Shown here: piece by piece, positions 1 through 12,714 of the stretch
Numbering within the stretch: position 1 is the stretch's first letter
Layout: every line of letters starts with the position of its first letter
NCBI GenBank assembly: GCA_951406725.2
Contig: OX597818.1
Span: 103,540,001-103,604,000 of the forward strand
DNA from: Octopus vulgaris
Taxonomy: Eukaryota
DNA: 64,000 bases
Reading direction: 5' to 3'
Translations under genes and position numbers: made by a program
The notes under the pieces: model-generated
Databases searched by the model: none
What the model saw: the letters and a program-made list of their open reading frames with translations, nothing else
Told to the model about the DNA's origin: nothing

Positions 1-290
1 CTACATGGTTTTATTTCACGAATGCTTTTTAGCAACTGCCATTTGGTGCATGAGAGAGTTCGATGCAGCTGCCCTCATCTGCACCTCCTGCCGTGAAGTT
101 GGTTCAACTGGGATACCTGACAAGAAGAGATCCAGTTTCATTTTAAAGACATCTGCATCCACCCCATGCATGTCTCTTAGGTTCTTCGGGAGGATATTGA
201 AGAGATGTGGGCCTCGGAAGCCCAGGCTATCACAGTATCTTGTCCTACATCTTGATGGAAAATTTGGAGTCCTAGGCACCACGCAGTGGC
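1..290 (-). mobile_element. 3' end of a CR1/L2-like non-LTR retrotransposon ORF2 (5'-truncated, runs off window start)
   Basis: ORF 16..315(-) reads RTRYCDSLGFRGPHLFNILPKNLRDMHGVDADVFKMKLDLFL, the typical LFNxLP..F K.KLD C-terminus of CR1/L2/Jockey-group ORF2. Related decayed sequence at 58340-59430. Confidence 0.75.
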
Positions 291-291
291 G

Positions 292-348
<57 letters not shown>

Positions 349-929
349 AGATTAACGTAAAAAATAAATACCAAAAAAGCAAAGTAACACCAAATATATA
401 GTGCGTGTGTTATTATTGGCTAAAGTGGCAAAATGACCATTCCGAAATATATATATATATATGCAATGAAATATACGTGTCTGAATGTTTTTGATGACTC
501 GTGTATTATGGAACTTGCAAAATTCATAAAACATATTACCACTGTTTTGTTGCTTTAAAACATACAAACCAAAGCAGAGGGAAAACTGTAGTTAAGTAGT
601 TAAGAAAATCATCTTCCACCTTACTCTACGTCTGTATTGACAAGTAAAAGAAAACAATTGAATTCCAAGCTTGTTGTAAGGATATCAAAAGTGTCATGGA
701 CACCCTTAGCATGAAATCTGAATTGTACGGACGAACATACCTTTTTTCACTCCTATAGGAGGCTGAAGCAGACGCGAGCAACTTCAACTTTTAAAATGCA
801 CGATTAGCTGTATTGATTGTGGTATGGTGACGTAGAAGAGCACATCTGACGGAAAAAAGTCATTGGGATACGCGTGAGCGACATTTTGACCAGAAATATC
901 ACACACTACTTGTGTATCTCTATTACCCT

Positions 930-1114
930 TTACTCGTTACTCTTTTACTTGTTTCAGTTATGTGACTGTGGCTATGCTACAGCACCACCTTTAGTCGAGC
1001 AAATCGACCACATGACTTATTCTTTGTAAGCCTAGCACTTATTCCATCGGTCTCTTTTGCCGACCGCTAAGTTACGGGGACGTAAACACACAATTGAGGT
1101 TGGGTGGACAAACA

Positions 1115-1180
<66 letters not shown>

Positions 1181-1306
1181 AAAACATATATACGACGGGC
1201 TGCTTTCCGTTTCCGTCTACCAAATCCACTCACAAGACTTTGCTCGGCCCGAGGCTATAGTAGAAGACACTTGTCCGAAGTGCTACTTACCACACAGCCA
1301 CTCCCA
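930..1306 (-). mobile_element. SINE family A (tRNA-like head, internal (CA)n(TA)n microsatellite, TGACTGAAACAAGTAAAAGA tail)
   Basis: Aligns by eye with copies at 30331-30697(-) and 34054-34482(+): shared TCTACCAAATCCACTCACAAG..CGGCCCGAGGCTATAGTAGAAGACACTT and TCTTTGTAAGCCTAG blocks. Confidence 0.85.
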
Positions 1307-1354
1307 CGCCTATGTAGTGATACACCTATGTATGTATCTCTACAATCATAACAG

Positions 1355-1640
1355 GCATTCTGTTGCGTCTGAGGAGAGTCATTCTCTTTTAGTTTCTTAT
1401 AATTTAACACAGTCACCGGTAAAATTTCCCTTTATTTCTTTCATATTTTTCTAAAATTTTTGTTGCGTCTTGCAACCTTTTTTAATAGCTTTGGGAGTCA
1501 AATCTATTGAAAAGTTTGCAATACGCAACGAAGATTTTAGAAAAATAAAAAAGAAATAGGTGGAAATATTGCCGGTGAGTGTGTTAAATTATAAGGAACT
1601 AAAAGAGAATGACTCTCCTCAGACACAATAGAGTATGCTT
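1355..1640. repeat. ~285-bp imperfect palindrome (two head-to-head copies of a ~140-bp repeat, probable Penelope-like pLTR)
   Basis: CTGAGGAGAGTCATTCTCTTTTAGTT (1369) mirrors AACTAAAAGAGAATGACTCTCCTCAG (~1597-1622); centre ~1495. A single arm recurs at ~23856-24000. Confidence 0.85.
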
Positions 1641-3060
1641 CAACACGCGAACTCACATAAAGAAACTTGCAAACCAAATCCCCAAACGAAATAACAGACA
1701 TTACTCTGCCAATATGACTAAAACAAGCTTTTCTGGAGCAGATTCATGGTTTTCCAAGATTATCGCTTCCCCTCAATAGAATGCACTTCCGCAACGATAT
1801 TCATTCTTCTACAATATTATAATCGGATGGCGTTGACACGATACTGATCAAGCACATTCGTCAATATTATATTTACGAAACTGTTATAGTGCATCCCGTT
1901 CTAGCATTTTCTCCCTTTTGTTCATGATGTTTCCTGCAGTAAAATGGGCAATTGTTACACACTTTTTTGCAGCCCTTTTGCTGACTTATTTCCTATAATT
2001 GGGCGATAAGCTTCATTGACATAGTATTTGAGGGAACATAAGTGGAAGGGTTTCGGTGTTCTTCTTTGGCGGCTTGTACATATCACTTTATTCTAGGGCA
2101 TCAATTTTGACATCCTAATTATCTTCATACAGATCATACATCGGACTCAGTAAGAAATCATACGTTCCGAAACGATAATGAGAGTATATTCGCACTGTTT
2201 GACGTGATAATTGGAGATTTATTCTCTTCAAGAAATAATCGTATCTTATTAAAGCTGACTCAAATGGCAGCTCATCAGCTGTTCGATGTATCGACTATTC
2301 AGGATTTAGACAACGGCAGAAAGTAACATTGAGAATATTACTATTTGTGGGTACGTTTTGCATGTTCCTAACAATTTTAAGCCTCGGTGTTAACAAAGAC
2401 GGTCCTTGACTTGCTCGAAATTTATCATAGTGGGTAACATAACGAGCTTTACTGGAATTTGCGTTTGATTTAAATTTTGGATGTACATAGGTTTTCTTTC
2501 GATAATTTCCACAATACTCATTGTTGCTCTTTCACTGGTAAATAATAAATATCTGCTCTAACCTAAGGTAAGTCAGGACGGTCACATGTTTACTTTCTCT
2601 GAAGAATTGGCAAAGCCAACTGAGTAAATATTTTCCAACAGACCTATAGACTTCAATGCTCTTGTAACTGGAAATTGTACAATTTAAATGTGTGAACATA
2701 TTCCGCATGTAAAGACAAATCTTAGATTATGAAGTTCGGAATTTCATGTTCTACCACATTCAACTGCCTGTTCATACATGCCTTCCAATTATTTTTCATT
2801 TATTTATAGATCGAATGCTGTCAATATTCCTACAACCTAATGCCTGCATGTTTGTATATCTTCTGGGGAAAAAACAGTAGAACTAATTTATCAGTGAAGA
2901 GAATTTCATGAATCCTTAAGGAGTAGAAATATATTATATATTCTTCTATAGATATAAATTCTAGCCAAATGTTTTCAAATATATAACAATAAATAGCGTG
3001 GATAAATTATCCGCTATTTATTTTCGTGTACATATCCTTGTACACATTTTGTTTTCCATG

Positions 3061-3112
<52 letters not shown>

Positions 3113-3544
3113 TATGTGTACACATTTCCGTTTTCCGTGTACATATCTTTGTACTCCTTTAAGAGAGAAGGAAAAGAGAGTATTTCGTCGTTCTCAAGAA
3201 ATATCGAAGAAATTCTTAAATATCTTCAGACATTTGTAGAGTCATTCATTTTTTAAAAGTTGTAATATGAACTGTGAGACGGTTACGAAAACACTTTACT
3301 TGACTCAGCTAGTGTTTGATTCAGAGGAAGTTGCCTTCGAAAATTGGGCGAGAGTCAACCAACGCTTGCGTCGCCACCGTTTCATATTTCCACCTTTTTT
3401 TTCTGTTGTGCCCTAATAATCGTCTAGTGTGTTTGCTCTTTCACTCCTTGACAGTGGGATGCGTTTCTTATCTTTAAGAGGTTCATCAAATGTTAGCTTC
3501 CTCTGAAGAAGAGTATCGTATGCTTCCAAAATCGGTACAACATA

Positions 3545-4768
3545 CGAGTGGCGTTCATTAAAGATTTCCCCTGAGCCACTTCCCAAAGACATGGATTAAC
3601 GAAACCTTGCAGAATTATTAGTGCTTCTGTACATATCCACCACCTAAGTTGACACACATCTCCGATCGCTTTATGCAGCTGTGACGACCTTGTCTGTAGA
3701 AGTCGGTACGTTGCGTCTGGAACCGAAAATGGTTCCCCTTCAAAAAAGGCTTCATGATTGGAAAGCGGTTGAAATCACATGGTGAGAGGTTTGAAGAGTA
3801 AGGGGGATGAGGAAGGATTTCATAGCCGCAAGAGTGTGCTTTCATCTGGGCAACATGCGCATTGTGACCCAGAGCGATATCTTAAAGAAGGTAGATCAGC
3901 ATGCCACACCTCTCCTTTGATGGCTTCCCGCAATTTCTGCACCAGAGAAGCATAATGTACCCCGCTAATTCTGGTGCCTTTTGCCTGAAAATCTGCCATC
4001 ACTACTCGTCGCTGGTTCCCAAATGTATGAGCACTAACTTGCCAGCTTACGGTTGGACACGAGCCTTCTTTGGAGGTGGTAAATTATCATACTTCAACTG
4101 CTACGGCTGGACTTTAGTCGCAGGATCATAGTTATGACCCATGTTTCATCTTGTGTGATAAGCCTGCCTAAAAAAGCCCTCCTCGTTTTCTTGGCATAAT
4201 GCCAAAAGAGCCTCGGAACAACTGACTCGTTCCTGCTTCCGAAAAGGTGTGAGCAACCAGGAAATGCATCGTGTAGTCAACTTCCTCATGTTCACATGGT
4301 CGTGAATAATTTTTCCACGGGGCCTACACTTAACTTCACCTCTTGGGCTAGTTGTACAATAATTTTGCGGTGATCCTCTTAAGTGGCGGTTTCCACTTTA
4401 TGGATGGTATCATCATCAATGGCAGAATGTGGTCGTCTATGAATAGGAGCAGTTTCCACCGATATTCGACCACATTAGAACCGGCACTGCTTGTGCTTCA
4501 CTTCGTCACCATAAACTCCTTTCATATCATCAAAGCTCTCTTTTGGTTTGCAAACTTTCCTGTATAGGAACCTAATCAGTGATCTGTATTCAGCTGCCTC
4601 AATTATGACTGTAGTCCACTTCAGTAGCCGTAAAAGACAAACGATTACTAGTTGGAAATTGTATTTTACAAAGTGACATGTAGAGACATGTATGATTATA
4701 CCTATACAAGTTGCTGTTCGTGGAGTAACCGGAAGTGGATCAGGGATATGTTTCCTGAATATCTCTCG
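3545..4768 (-). mobile_element. Full-length decayed mariner (DD34D-type) DNA transposon, family 1
   Basis: TA-flanked imperfect TIRs CGAGTGGCGTTCATTAAAGATTTCCCCTGAGCCACTTCC / GGAAGTGGATCAGGGATATGTTTCCTGAATATCTCTCG. Transposase remnants ITQDETWV (~4137-4160,-) and HPPYSSNLSPCDF (ORF 3618..3845); frameshifted. Confidence 0.9.
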
Positions 4769-5311
4769 TACACCGATTTAAGATACGTTAGATAGACCGA
4801 AAAAATTCTGGGAGATTACCGATCTCTTCATAGACTGGAGGAAAGCTTGAGAAACCTTTCAAGAATTATTTCCGTGATATTATTTTGCAGGACCCCAGGC
4901 CAGTTGGGAACATTTAATTTAATTAAGTAACGTTCAGTTACATTTTTATAAATACATTATTCGGTGGAGAATTGAAGCTGTTTTTCTCGATGTCCCCCAA
5001 ATCACATTCCTTCATAGGGTAATGTGTTATGTTACTTATTTTCTCAGTTCCTTAATATTTTTATTCAGTACATCAGAGTTAGGTTGGAGAACATTCGTAG
5101 AAATGGCAACGGCAAAACAATAAATTATCTCCATTGTAAACAAGCACACAGGGACAGGCTCAAACACAAAAAAAACATACATGCTTCACAACACACATGC
5201 ACACACACACATATACACACACACGTTCGCGCACGTATATATATATTTGTCGTCACTTTTCTTTTTATTAGTTTCACCTCGAAGGCTGCTTCTCCGCCTG
5301 GTCACCGCCGT

Positions 5312-5345
5312 TAGATAGGTACATATATAGATAGATAGATATATG

Positions 5346-5399
<54 letters not shown>

Positions 5400-5492
5400 C
5401 AGACATACATACAGATATATAGATAGATAGACAGACAGACAGGCAGACAGGCAGACAGACAGACAGACAGACAGACAGATAGATAGATAGAT

Positions 5493-5560
<68 letters not shown>

Positions 5561-5578
5561 GCAGACAGACAGACAGAC

Positions 5579-5631
<53 letters not shown>

Positions 5632-5716
5632 TAGATAGATAGATAGAGAGAGAGAGAGAGAGTCAGACAGACGGACAGACAGACAGACAGATAGAGAGAC
5701 AGACAGACAGACAGAC

Positions 5717-5775
<59 letters not shown>

Positions 5776-5860
5776 CATACTGATAGAGTGAGACAGAGAG
5801 TGTGAGAGAGAGATAGTGTGAGAGAGAGAGAGAGAGAGGAATGGATGGATTGATGGAGGA
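5312..5860. repeat. Compound (GATA)n/(GACA)n/(GA)n microsatellite
   Basis: Direct reading of sequence. Confidence 0.97.
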
Positions 5861-7982
5861 ATGCATACATGTATATGTGTACAGGACGGTTTTCTTGCAC
5901 TTCCCATGTAAACTTCAGATCTCAGTAATTTGATAGATACGTTTAGTAGAACCCGTTTAGCCACACTGCGCCATATTGAACTGAAACCGAAAACACGAGA
6001 TTTGTAAACGAAACACTTAAACGCTAATTACAGCCGCACGTACACACACAATTAAACGTACGTGTGTGTGTGTATGTGAGTGTTAATAAGCTGATGGGAA
6101 ACTGATGCATTATGTATTTGTCACTGTTACTGCAGCATAAATGTGTAATAGAACTCATTTGCGTCTCGTTGTATCAGTGTCTCTTGAGTGTGAAATGTAC
6201 TGTTTGAAGTGCACCTGTTTGGCTTTATCTTTATTAATTTCTTATACCTCATACCTCTTTGTTTGATATTGTCCAGATTTCATAGCTTCAAATCTAATTT
6301 TACTTCCGTCGAAATTCGAAGATATCTATTGAAGTGTGTAATGGCGTGTGGGTTCTGTCTAAAATATATACATATATGTGCGCCAGTTTGTGCGTTTCAG
6401 TGCACGCGTGCGTGTGTGTATATATATATATATATATACATCACTCTCAGTCACTTTTCCCTCTCTCTTTATTTATAAATTTATGTGCGTGTGTGTGTTT
6501 GTGTTTGTGTGTTTGAGTGCTTGTATGAATGCGTTTGAGGTTGTCTACTTGTAAGCCAAACTTCATGTTTACGTGTACGATAGATAATTTCAAAAGAATA
6601 TATTGTTTGAAATAAATATACTTCTTCAGAAAAAAGAAAATAACTACAGAAAAGTTATTGTAATTGGCTGCTTGCATCACATGACTATGTAAGACAGCCG
6701 TTATAGTAGTTTGCGTTTAAAATGCACAAGTCTCGTTAGGTACTGGAAACTCATTAACGATATTACTTTGAAGTCAATTGGAAGGAAAATTTCATAAAGG
6801 CAAGGTGTTAAAAGATTTTTGACCAATCAGCATTTCAATGAAATGAAATCAAACTTATTATATACTCTGATGCTTAAACAGCGAAGGAAAAATCGTGCAA
6901 GAAACATTTATTGCCGTTGATCAAAGGCGAAGACGAACGTATAACCATCAACCCCCACCGCAGTAAGTTCTTTGACATGAAATCAGTTCATAGAAACGAC
7001 GCATATCTGAGCTTAGCTGGAAAGGCTACAAGAACAACATGCATCAAAGGGGAGGAATTAAAGACGACATTATAATCAGCGAAGATGGATGGTCAGATCT
7101 ACATATAAAATAATTTAGCAGGAAGGAAAAGGAGAATAATCATTGAAGTAAGACATTTGTATTAAAGGCGAACTTACAATGAAAGGTTTTCCCAGATATT
7201 CTGATAGTAATGTTATTTGAAACACGATCGATAAACAATGAAATATTGAAAGCGAAATCTGTATGTTCTAACCCGGTGTAATAGTGTGTGCCATAGATAA
7301 ACGATCGATTAAATTGGTTACTTAATACAATTCGGTTGTTCTCGACCATTACACATAACATATAAAACATATTTAACGTTATGAACAATAACCATTCTGT
7401 AGAAAATCAGTTTAAAGAAAGAAATGTTTCTTGTTCAAATAATATGCTGAAATATTTACTTTCGATAAATGTTACGTTCAACTTCCTGCAGGAATGGAAA
7501 AGTGAACGGAGAGGAAGAAGAAGAAGGGGAGGAGGAGGAGGCTGCAGTGGTGTTGGAACTAGAAGCAATGAGGACATACGTATATGTATGCATGTTCCTT
7601 CGTAGTCTTTTCATTCATCAATCATTGCTTGATACACAGTTATTTTGCTGAACATAGCACCTCGAGGAAAGTTTACTTTAAAAAATCCCGTACAGCGGGA
7701 CATTTGCTCGACTAAATAATTTTAAGGTGATGCCTCAAGCCTGGCCACAGACAAAGGACTTTAACCAGTACAGTAATGAAAGATTTGAAAATTAAAGATT
7801 TGAAATAAAAAAAATACATACATACATATATGTATGTATCTATGTATATACATCGATAAGTGTACTTCCGTGTATTTGTGAATGTGCATGCGTTTAACTT
7901 ACACAAAATATTTCATTTTCGTTTTAACTCCTGTTAGTATCAGGGACTGCTTTTCTGGGTCTCTGTGTCTTTCACTGTTGTT

Positions 7983-8068
<86 letters not shown>
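7983..8068. repeat. (TAG)n microsatellite
   Basis: Direct reading of sequence. Confidence 0.97.
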
Positions 8069-8069
<1 letters not shown>

Positions 8070-8375
8070 ATGATTTAATATAATGCATACTATAAAATGT
8101 CAGAACCCATAAAATTTAATTATTCTGTACTGCATATATGTAAATTCATTATTCAGTCAACTGTAAAATTTCATGGACAATTACATATATTTTATAAGTT
8201 AATTTAAATCAATATTAATTCTTCAGCTGTATGCACATATATACTCCTTGTTCAAGATCACCTTAACATTATATAAATTGTCAAATTGCATAACTATAAA
8301 CCAAAATAGTATGAATATAATATAAACTAGAAAGGAACGAGTACTCCCACTGTAATTATAAGTGTGTAATGTACC

Positions 8376-8404
<29 letters not shown>

Positions 8405-8406
<2 letters not shown>

Positions 8407-8721
8407 AAATGTCGCCCTTTTCATGCCTAGCCAGGCTCATGGGCCCGGTTTCCCGGTTTCTGTGGCGTATGTGCCCCCCCTCCCAGCTGGACAGAACGCC
8501 AATCCATCGCAGAGTTACTCAAGAAACAGGAAGTGAGACAGTGAGAGAAAGTTATGGTGAAAGAGTACAACAGAGGTCGCCACTACACCCTGCCGGAGCC
8601 TCGTCGAGCTTTTAAGTGTTTTCGCTCAATAAACACGCACAACGACTAGTCTGGGAATCGAAACGGCGATCCTCCGACTGCGAATCCGCTGCCCTAACCA
8701 CTGGGCCATTGCGCCTTCACA
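8405..8721 (-). mobile_element. tRNA(Arg)-like SINE family B (resembles octopus OR-type SINEs)
   Basis: Minus-strand head GAAGGCGCAATGGCCCAGTGGTTAGGGCAGCGGATTCGCAGTC..GTTTCGATTCCC has an A box, TCG anticodon loop and B box. Related copies at 21553, 26739, 36068, 39716, 54350. Confidence 0.85.
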
Positions 8722-8751
8722 TATATAAAAATGCTATAGTATATAATATTT

Positions 8752-9017
8752 TCTATCTGTTTCAGTCATTGTACTATGGCCATTCTGGAGCAAAACTTTA
8801 CAGTGCTTTAGCCGAGAAAATCGGACCATTGCCTATTATAGAAAACTGGTGCTTCTTCTATCTGGTACCTTTACGTAGACAAACCAACGATGCGTGCCAA
8901 GTGGTGGTGGTGGTGTTGGTGGTGCTGGTGGTGCTGGCGTTGGTGGTGGTGGCGACAGTGGTTGTGGTGGTGGTCGTGGTGGTCGTGGTGGTCGTGGAAA
9001 CTTGCAGAGACACATAA
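8752..9017 (-). mobile_element. Decayed 3' half of SINE family A with expanded (GGT)n tract
   Basis: TCTGTTTCAGTCATTG..CTATGGCCATTCTGGAGCA tail and CGTAGACAAACCAAC motif match family A. Confidence 0.55.
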
Positions 9018-9089
9018 ACATCTCTTTCATTCCTCCTGTTCCTTCTCAGTTTTTCTCTCTTTTTGCCCAAAATGGCTAGCGATATTTTA

Positions 9090-10360
9090 TTGGGTTGTCC
9101 GGAAAGTTCGTGCCGATATTTAAAGGAAAGAAAAAGGTCACTAAATACTTGCCATTACATTTTTAATCAACCAAATATGAACCATTTGTTGCACAATGCG
9201 TCTCTATCTTTCCTTTAACTTGAAAATACCCTGTTCCCAGGACTGAGGTCGTTTCAGGGCAAATAACACAACAAGGTATCTTTTTACATCATCCAAGGGA
9301 TTAAAATTTTTACCATTGAGACTATTCTGCAGAGACCTGAATAAGTGGAAATCCGAAGGAGCAATATTTGTTGAATATGGAGGGTGTGGTAACTCATCCC
9401 AGCCGAGCTGCAGCAAGTTTTGTCTGGTTCCCAAAGAAACGTGCGATCTTTCATTATCATGTTGGAAAACAACATCCTTCCTGTTGGCCAATTCTGCACG
9501 TTTCTCTTGAATTGCTGCTTTTAACTCGTCCAGTTGTGTACAGTATTTGTCAAAATTAATTGTCTGGTTACTTGGGAGAAGCTCATAGTACAAAATCCCT
9601 TTCCAATCCCACTAGACACAAAGCAAGACTTTTTTAGGGTGAAGACCCGCTTTTGATGTAGCTAATGGTGGCTCATGTCGCTTACACCAGGATCGCCTTC
9701 TCTGAACATTTCGGTAGATAATCCATTTCTCATTACCTGTCACAATTTTCTTTAAAAAAGGTGTGTTTTCATTCCGTTTATAAAGCGAATCACAGTTGGA
9801 AATACGATCCAAAAGGTTCTTCTCACTCAACTCATGTGGTACCTTAACATCGTAGCGATTTGTGTACTCAAGCTTTACCGGGTGCTCATGAACGACGGAT
9901 TTTGATAGGTTGAGGCTTTCTGCCAATTCTCGAGTTGTGCAATGTTAATGACATGATTTGGTCATCATCTGTAGTGGATGGTCTGCCTGATCGCTCTTTA
10001 TCAATAAGGCTACAATCTCCAGCTCGGAACCTTGCGAACCACTTCCGTACACTTCTTTTCGATAAAGAAATATCACTGTAAACTGCTCGTATTTCTTTGG
10101 TTGCTTGTGAGGCATTTTTCCCTTTGCGGAAAAAGAAAAGCATCAAGTGCCGAAAATGAACTTTCTTATCTTCCATGTTAAAGGGTTACAGAATTAACAC
10201 AGGTTATAGGAACGTAAACCTTCTTCCAGGAAAAGATAGCTTAAACTGTGCTCTAAATGGGGCGGGGTAGTCAAATCCTATTTTATGGACTCAACCATGT
10301 TCTAAAATAAGTTGAAAATGAAGCTACTATAAATCGGCTCGAACTTTCCGGACAACCCAA
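9090..10360 (-). mobile_element. Full-length mariner transposon, family 2 (1271 bp), pseudogenised transposase
   Basis: TIRs TTGGGTTGTCCGGAAAGTTCGTGCCGAT / ATCGGCTCGAACTTTCCGGACAACCCAA; left TA intact. Split ORFs 9886..10176 (HTH, RSGRP), 9612..9926 (VPHEL, TGNEKW), 9204..9593 (HDN, HPPYSTNIAPSDFHLF). Confidence 0.96.
9164..10176 (-). pseudogene. Mariner (Mos1-like) transposase pseudogene
   Basis: Three ORF pieces separated by a frameshift and a premature stop. First catalytic D reads N (TGNEKW) and YSPD reads YSTN. Confidence 0.92.
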
Positions 10361-10566
10361 TTTATATCAAGATGAAGAATAAGTTGTGAATACACGACAT
10401 GCTATACAAGATTATCTGTGCTTGCTCTGTATGAAAGTAATTGTAGCTCGCATATAAATTCTTCGTATATTAAATGATAATTGTCTGTCGCTAGTTGGAA
10501 TATATCTTATTTGATCTCACCAATAATGGAACAGTAGGACTCGAGCGGTCCCAACTGATGGAGCAA

Positions 10567-11112
10567 CAGAATTAGTCGGAACTGACCGATCAGCAAAGTG
10601 AATTTCTCGACCGGTGTTTTCGGGCGATTACGGTTATCGTTATTACATATGTGTACAATTATATGCTTTAACTCCAGAATTAGCGACGTTTAGCTCTTAT
10701 TTCTAGCAATGTAGGTATTCAAACTGCCTTGTCATAGTTAGTGACAAATATAGTTTTCATTTGTGATAACACATGTCACACAACTGTCTATATTACTTTT
10801 TTGCATACACATTAGCCTATCGCTAAATGATCCATAGGCTTTTCTGTACTGACGGAGAATTAAGTCCGAAAGAAGCATATTAATGAGGCTATGGAATTAG
10901 CCGAAACTAACCGATCGGTATAGGGATGTTCTCGACTGCTGTTTTCGGGCGATTACAGATCCTGTCAGTATATATGCATACTATTACGTGCTTTAACTAG
11001 AGCATTAGCACTTATTTCTAGCGATGTAGGCATTCTAACACCCTAGTCACATTTACCGACAATTACAGTGTTTTCTTTTTGGTAGTACAATGCACAACGA
11101 CTGTCTCTATTA
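10567..11112. repeat. Old diverged tandem duplication (~325-bp period)
   Basis: GAATTAG.CG.AACT.ACCGATC..TTCTCGAC..GTTTTCGGGCGATTAC..TGCTTTAACT..CTTATTTCTAGC.ATGTAGG.ATTC..ACTGTCT.TATTA occurs from ~10569 and from ~10895. Confidence 0.8.
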
Positions 11113-11138
11113 AATATACATACATATATATATATATA

Positions 11139-12643
11139 AGTCATACGATATAGTGTATATTTAAACACATAAGGAATCCACTTATAGGGAATTCAACACG
11201 CTAGAAAGAATAGCTAGGTTCTGTAAACCACAAAAATAACGATAATATTCGACAGGAATAAATTTGGAAATGAAAAACATTTAACATCTAGTCCCTGGAT
11301 CAATTGGTTATACGAACTAACTATCCAAATCTTTTGCGCAGACGCAGTCCTTCGCGGGCTACAATGAAAAACCGCCAACTTTTAACCGAAAATTATCCAA
11401 AAACTTATAGTATTTAATCACGTCAAAGGGAAATGGAATTTAATTAAAATTAAAACATTCAATCAAAATTTACATTTCCAGTGGTCTAACATGCAAAAAA
11501 AAATAGTGAAGAAGACTATATATTAGTCATACGATAAAGTGTATGTTTAAACACATAAGAAATTCACTTATAGGGAAATTCAACACGCTAGAAAGAACAC
11601 CTAGGTTCTGTAAACCACAAAAATAATGGATAAATTCGACATATATATATGTATGTATAAACATATATATAATGATAAGAGTAAATAATTTCTATAAAGG
11701 CTTTTAAAAAAAACCCAATTATTTACTGGTAGAATTCGGTATGTAAATATAGCCGATTACCGGCAGGAACTTCTGTAAAGTTCAGTATATATATTGTATA
11801 TAAGAAAAAGGGTGATTCAATGGAAAGCTGTGCTGAAGAAGGATGTGAAATATATATGCTATGTATATGAAATATATATCAAAAATATATGGAATATATA
11901 TTCAATATGATAAAAAGAATCCTTAATAAATGTTTGATATATATTTCATATACATAGCATATATATTTCACATCCTTCTTCAGCACAGCTTTCCATTGAA
12001 AAAGATTTATCATAGATTTATCAAATGCTACGTACCTCAAACCTTCTGACCATGCGACATCAAAATATTTGAAGAAAGTGAGCAAAGGCTAAACCTACAT
12101 AGACGTTTGAATTCATAAATCTTCCCTCCAAAATTTTGCCATGCGCATTACAAAAATAGTTCCATAAGATGGGGATCAATTAGGTTGTCAAAGGGAGTGA
12201 AAAATCCAAATAGTAATATAATGATAAGAGTAAATAATTTCTATAAAGGCTTTTAAAAAAAACCCAATTATTTACTGGTAGAATTCGGTATGTAAATATA
12301 GCCGATTACCGGCAGGAACATCTGTAAAGTTCAGTATATATATTGTATATAAGAAAAAGGGACAGGCAAAACAGGTTGCTTGACCGCATACCGAAAAAAT
12401 AGAACTAGCAGTCAAGAATGCTTATTTCTATCAAAGTTGGACTCCGGGCATGACAGACCCTGTAATTCACATATGCAATACAGAAGGATTATAAACATAT
12501 TGAATATATATTCCATATATTTTTGATATATATTTCATATACATAGCATATATATTTCACATCCTTCTTCAGCACAGTCCAACTTTGATAGAAATAAGCA
12601 TTCTTGACTGCTATTTCTATTTTTTCGGTATGCGGTCAAGCAA

Positions 12644-12646
<3 letters not shown>
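11139..12646. repeat. Mosaic of direct and inverted duplications (probable Penelope-like pLTR cluster)
   Basis: 11139-11273 ~ 11525-11641 (direct); 11668-11811 ~ 12217-12361 (near-identical direct); 11816-11885 inverted at 11933-12000; 11829-11909 inverted at 12497-12577; 12373-12443 inverted at 12576-12646. Confidence 0.85.
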
Positions 12647-12696
<50 letters not shown>

Positions 12697-12714
12697 GACA
12701 TAAGTATATATACA

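Noticed and set aside
3497-3540. Hammerhead-like CTGAAGA-A-GAGTA..TGCTTC-CAAAATCGGTA
   Set aside because: GAAA is absent and stem I has no partner; at best a decayed remnant.
5186-5964. Long ORFs of 208 and 217 aa (SIYL repeats), and similar YI/HT/poly-residue ORFs throughout the window
   Set aside because: They are translations of microsatellites with no coding evidence.
6575-6635. Minus-strand CTGAAGA + AT hairpin + GAAA
   Set aside because: Five extra bases lie between the stem and GAAA, with no proper stem III or stem I; likely chance in AT-rich DNA.
9204-10176. Domesticated SETMAR-like gene
   Set aside because: Frameshift, stop codon, intact TIRs and no SET domain; an ordinary dead mariner.
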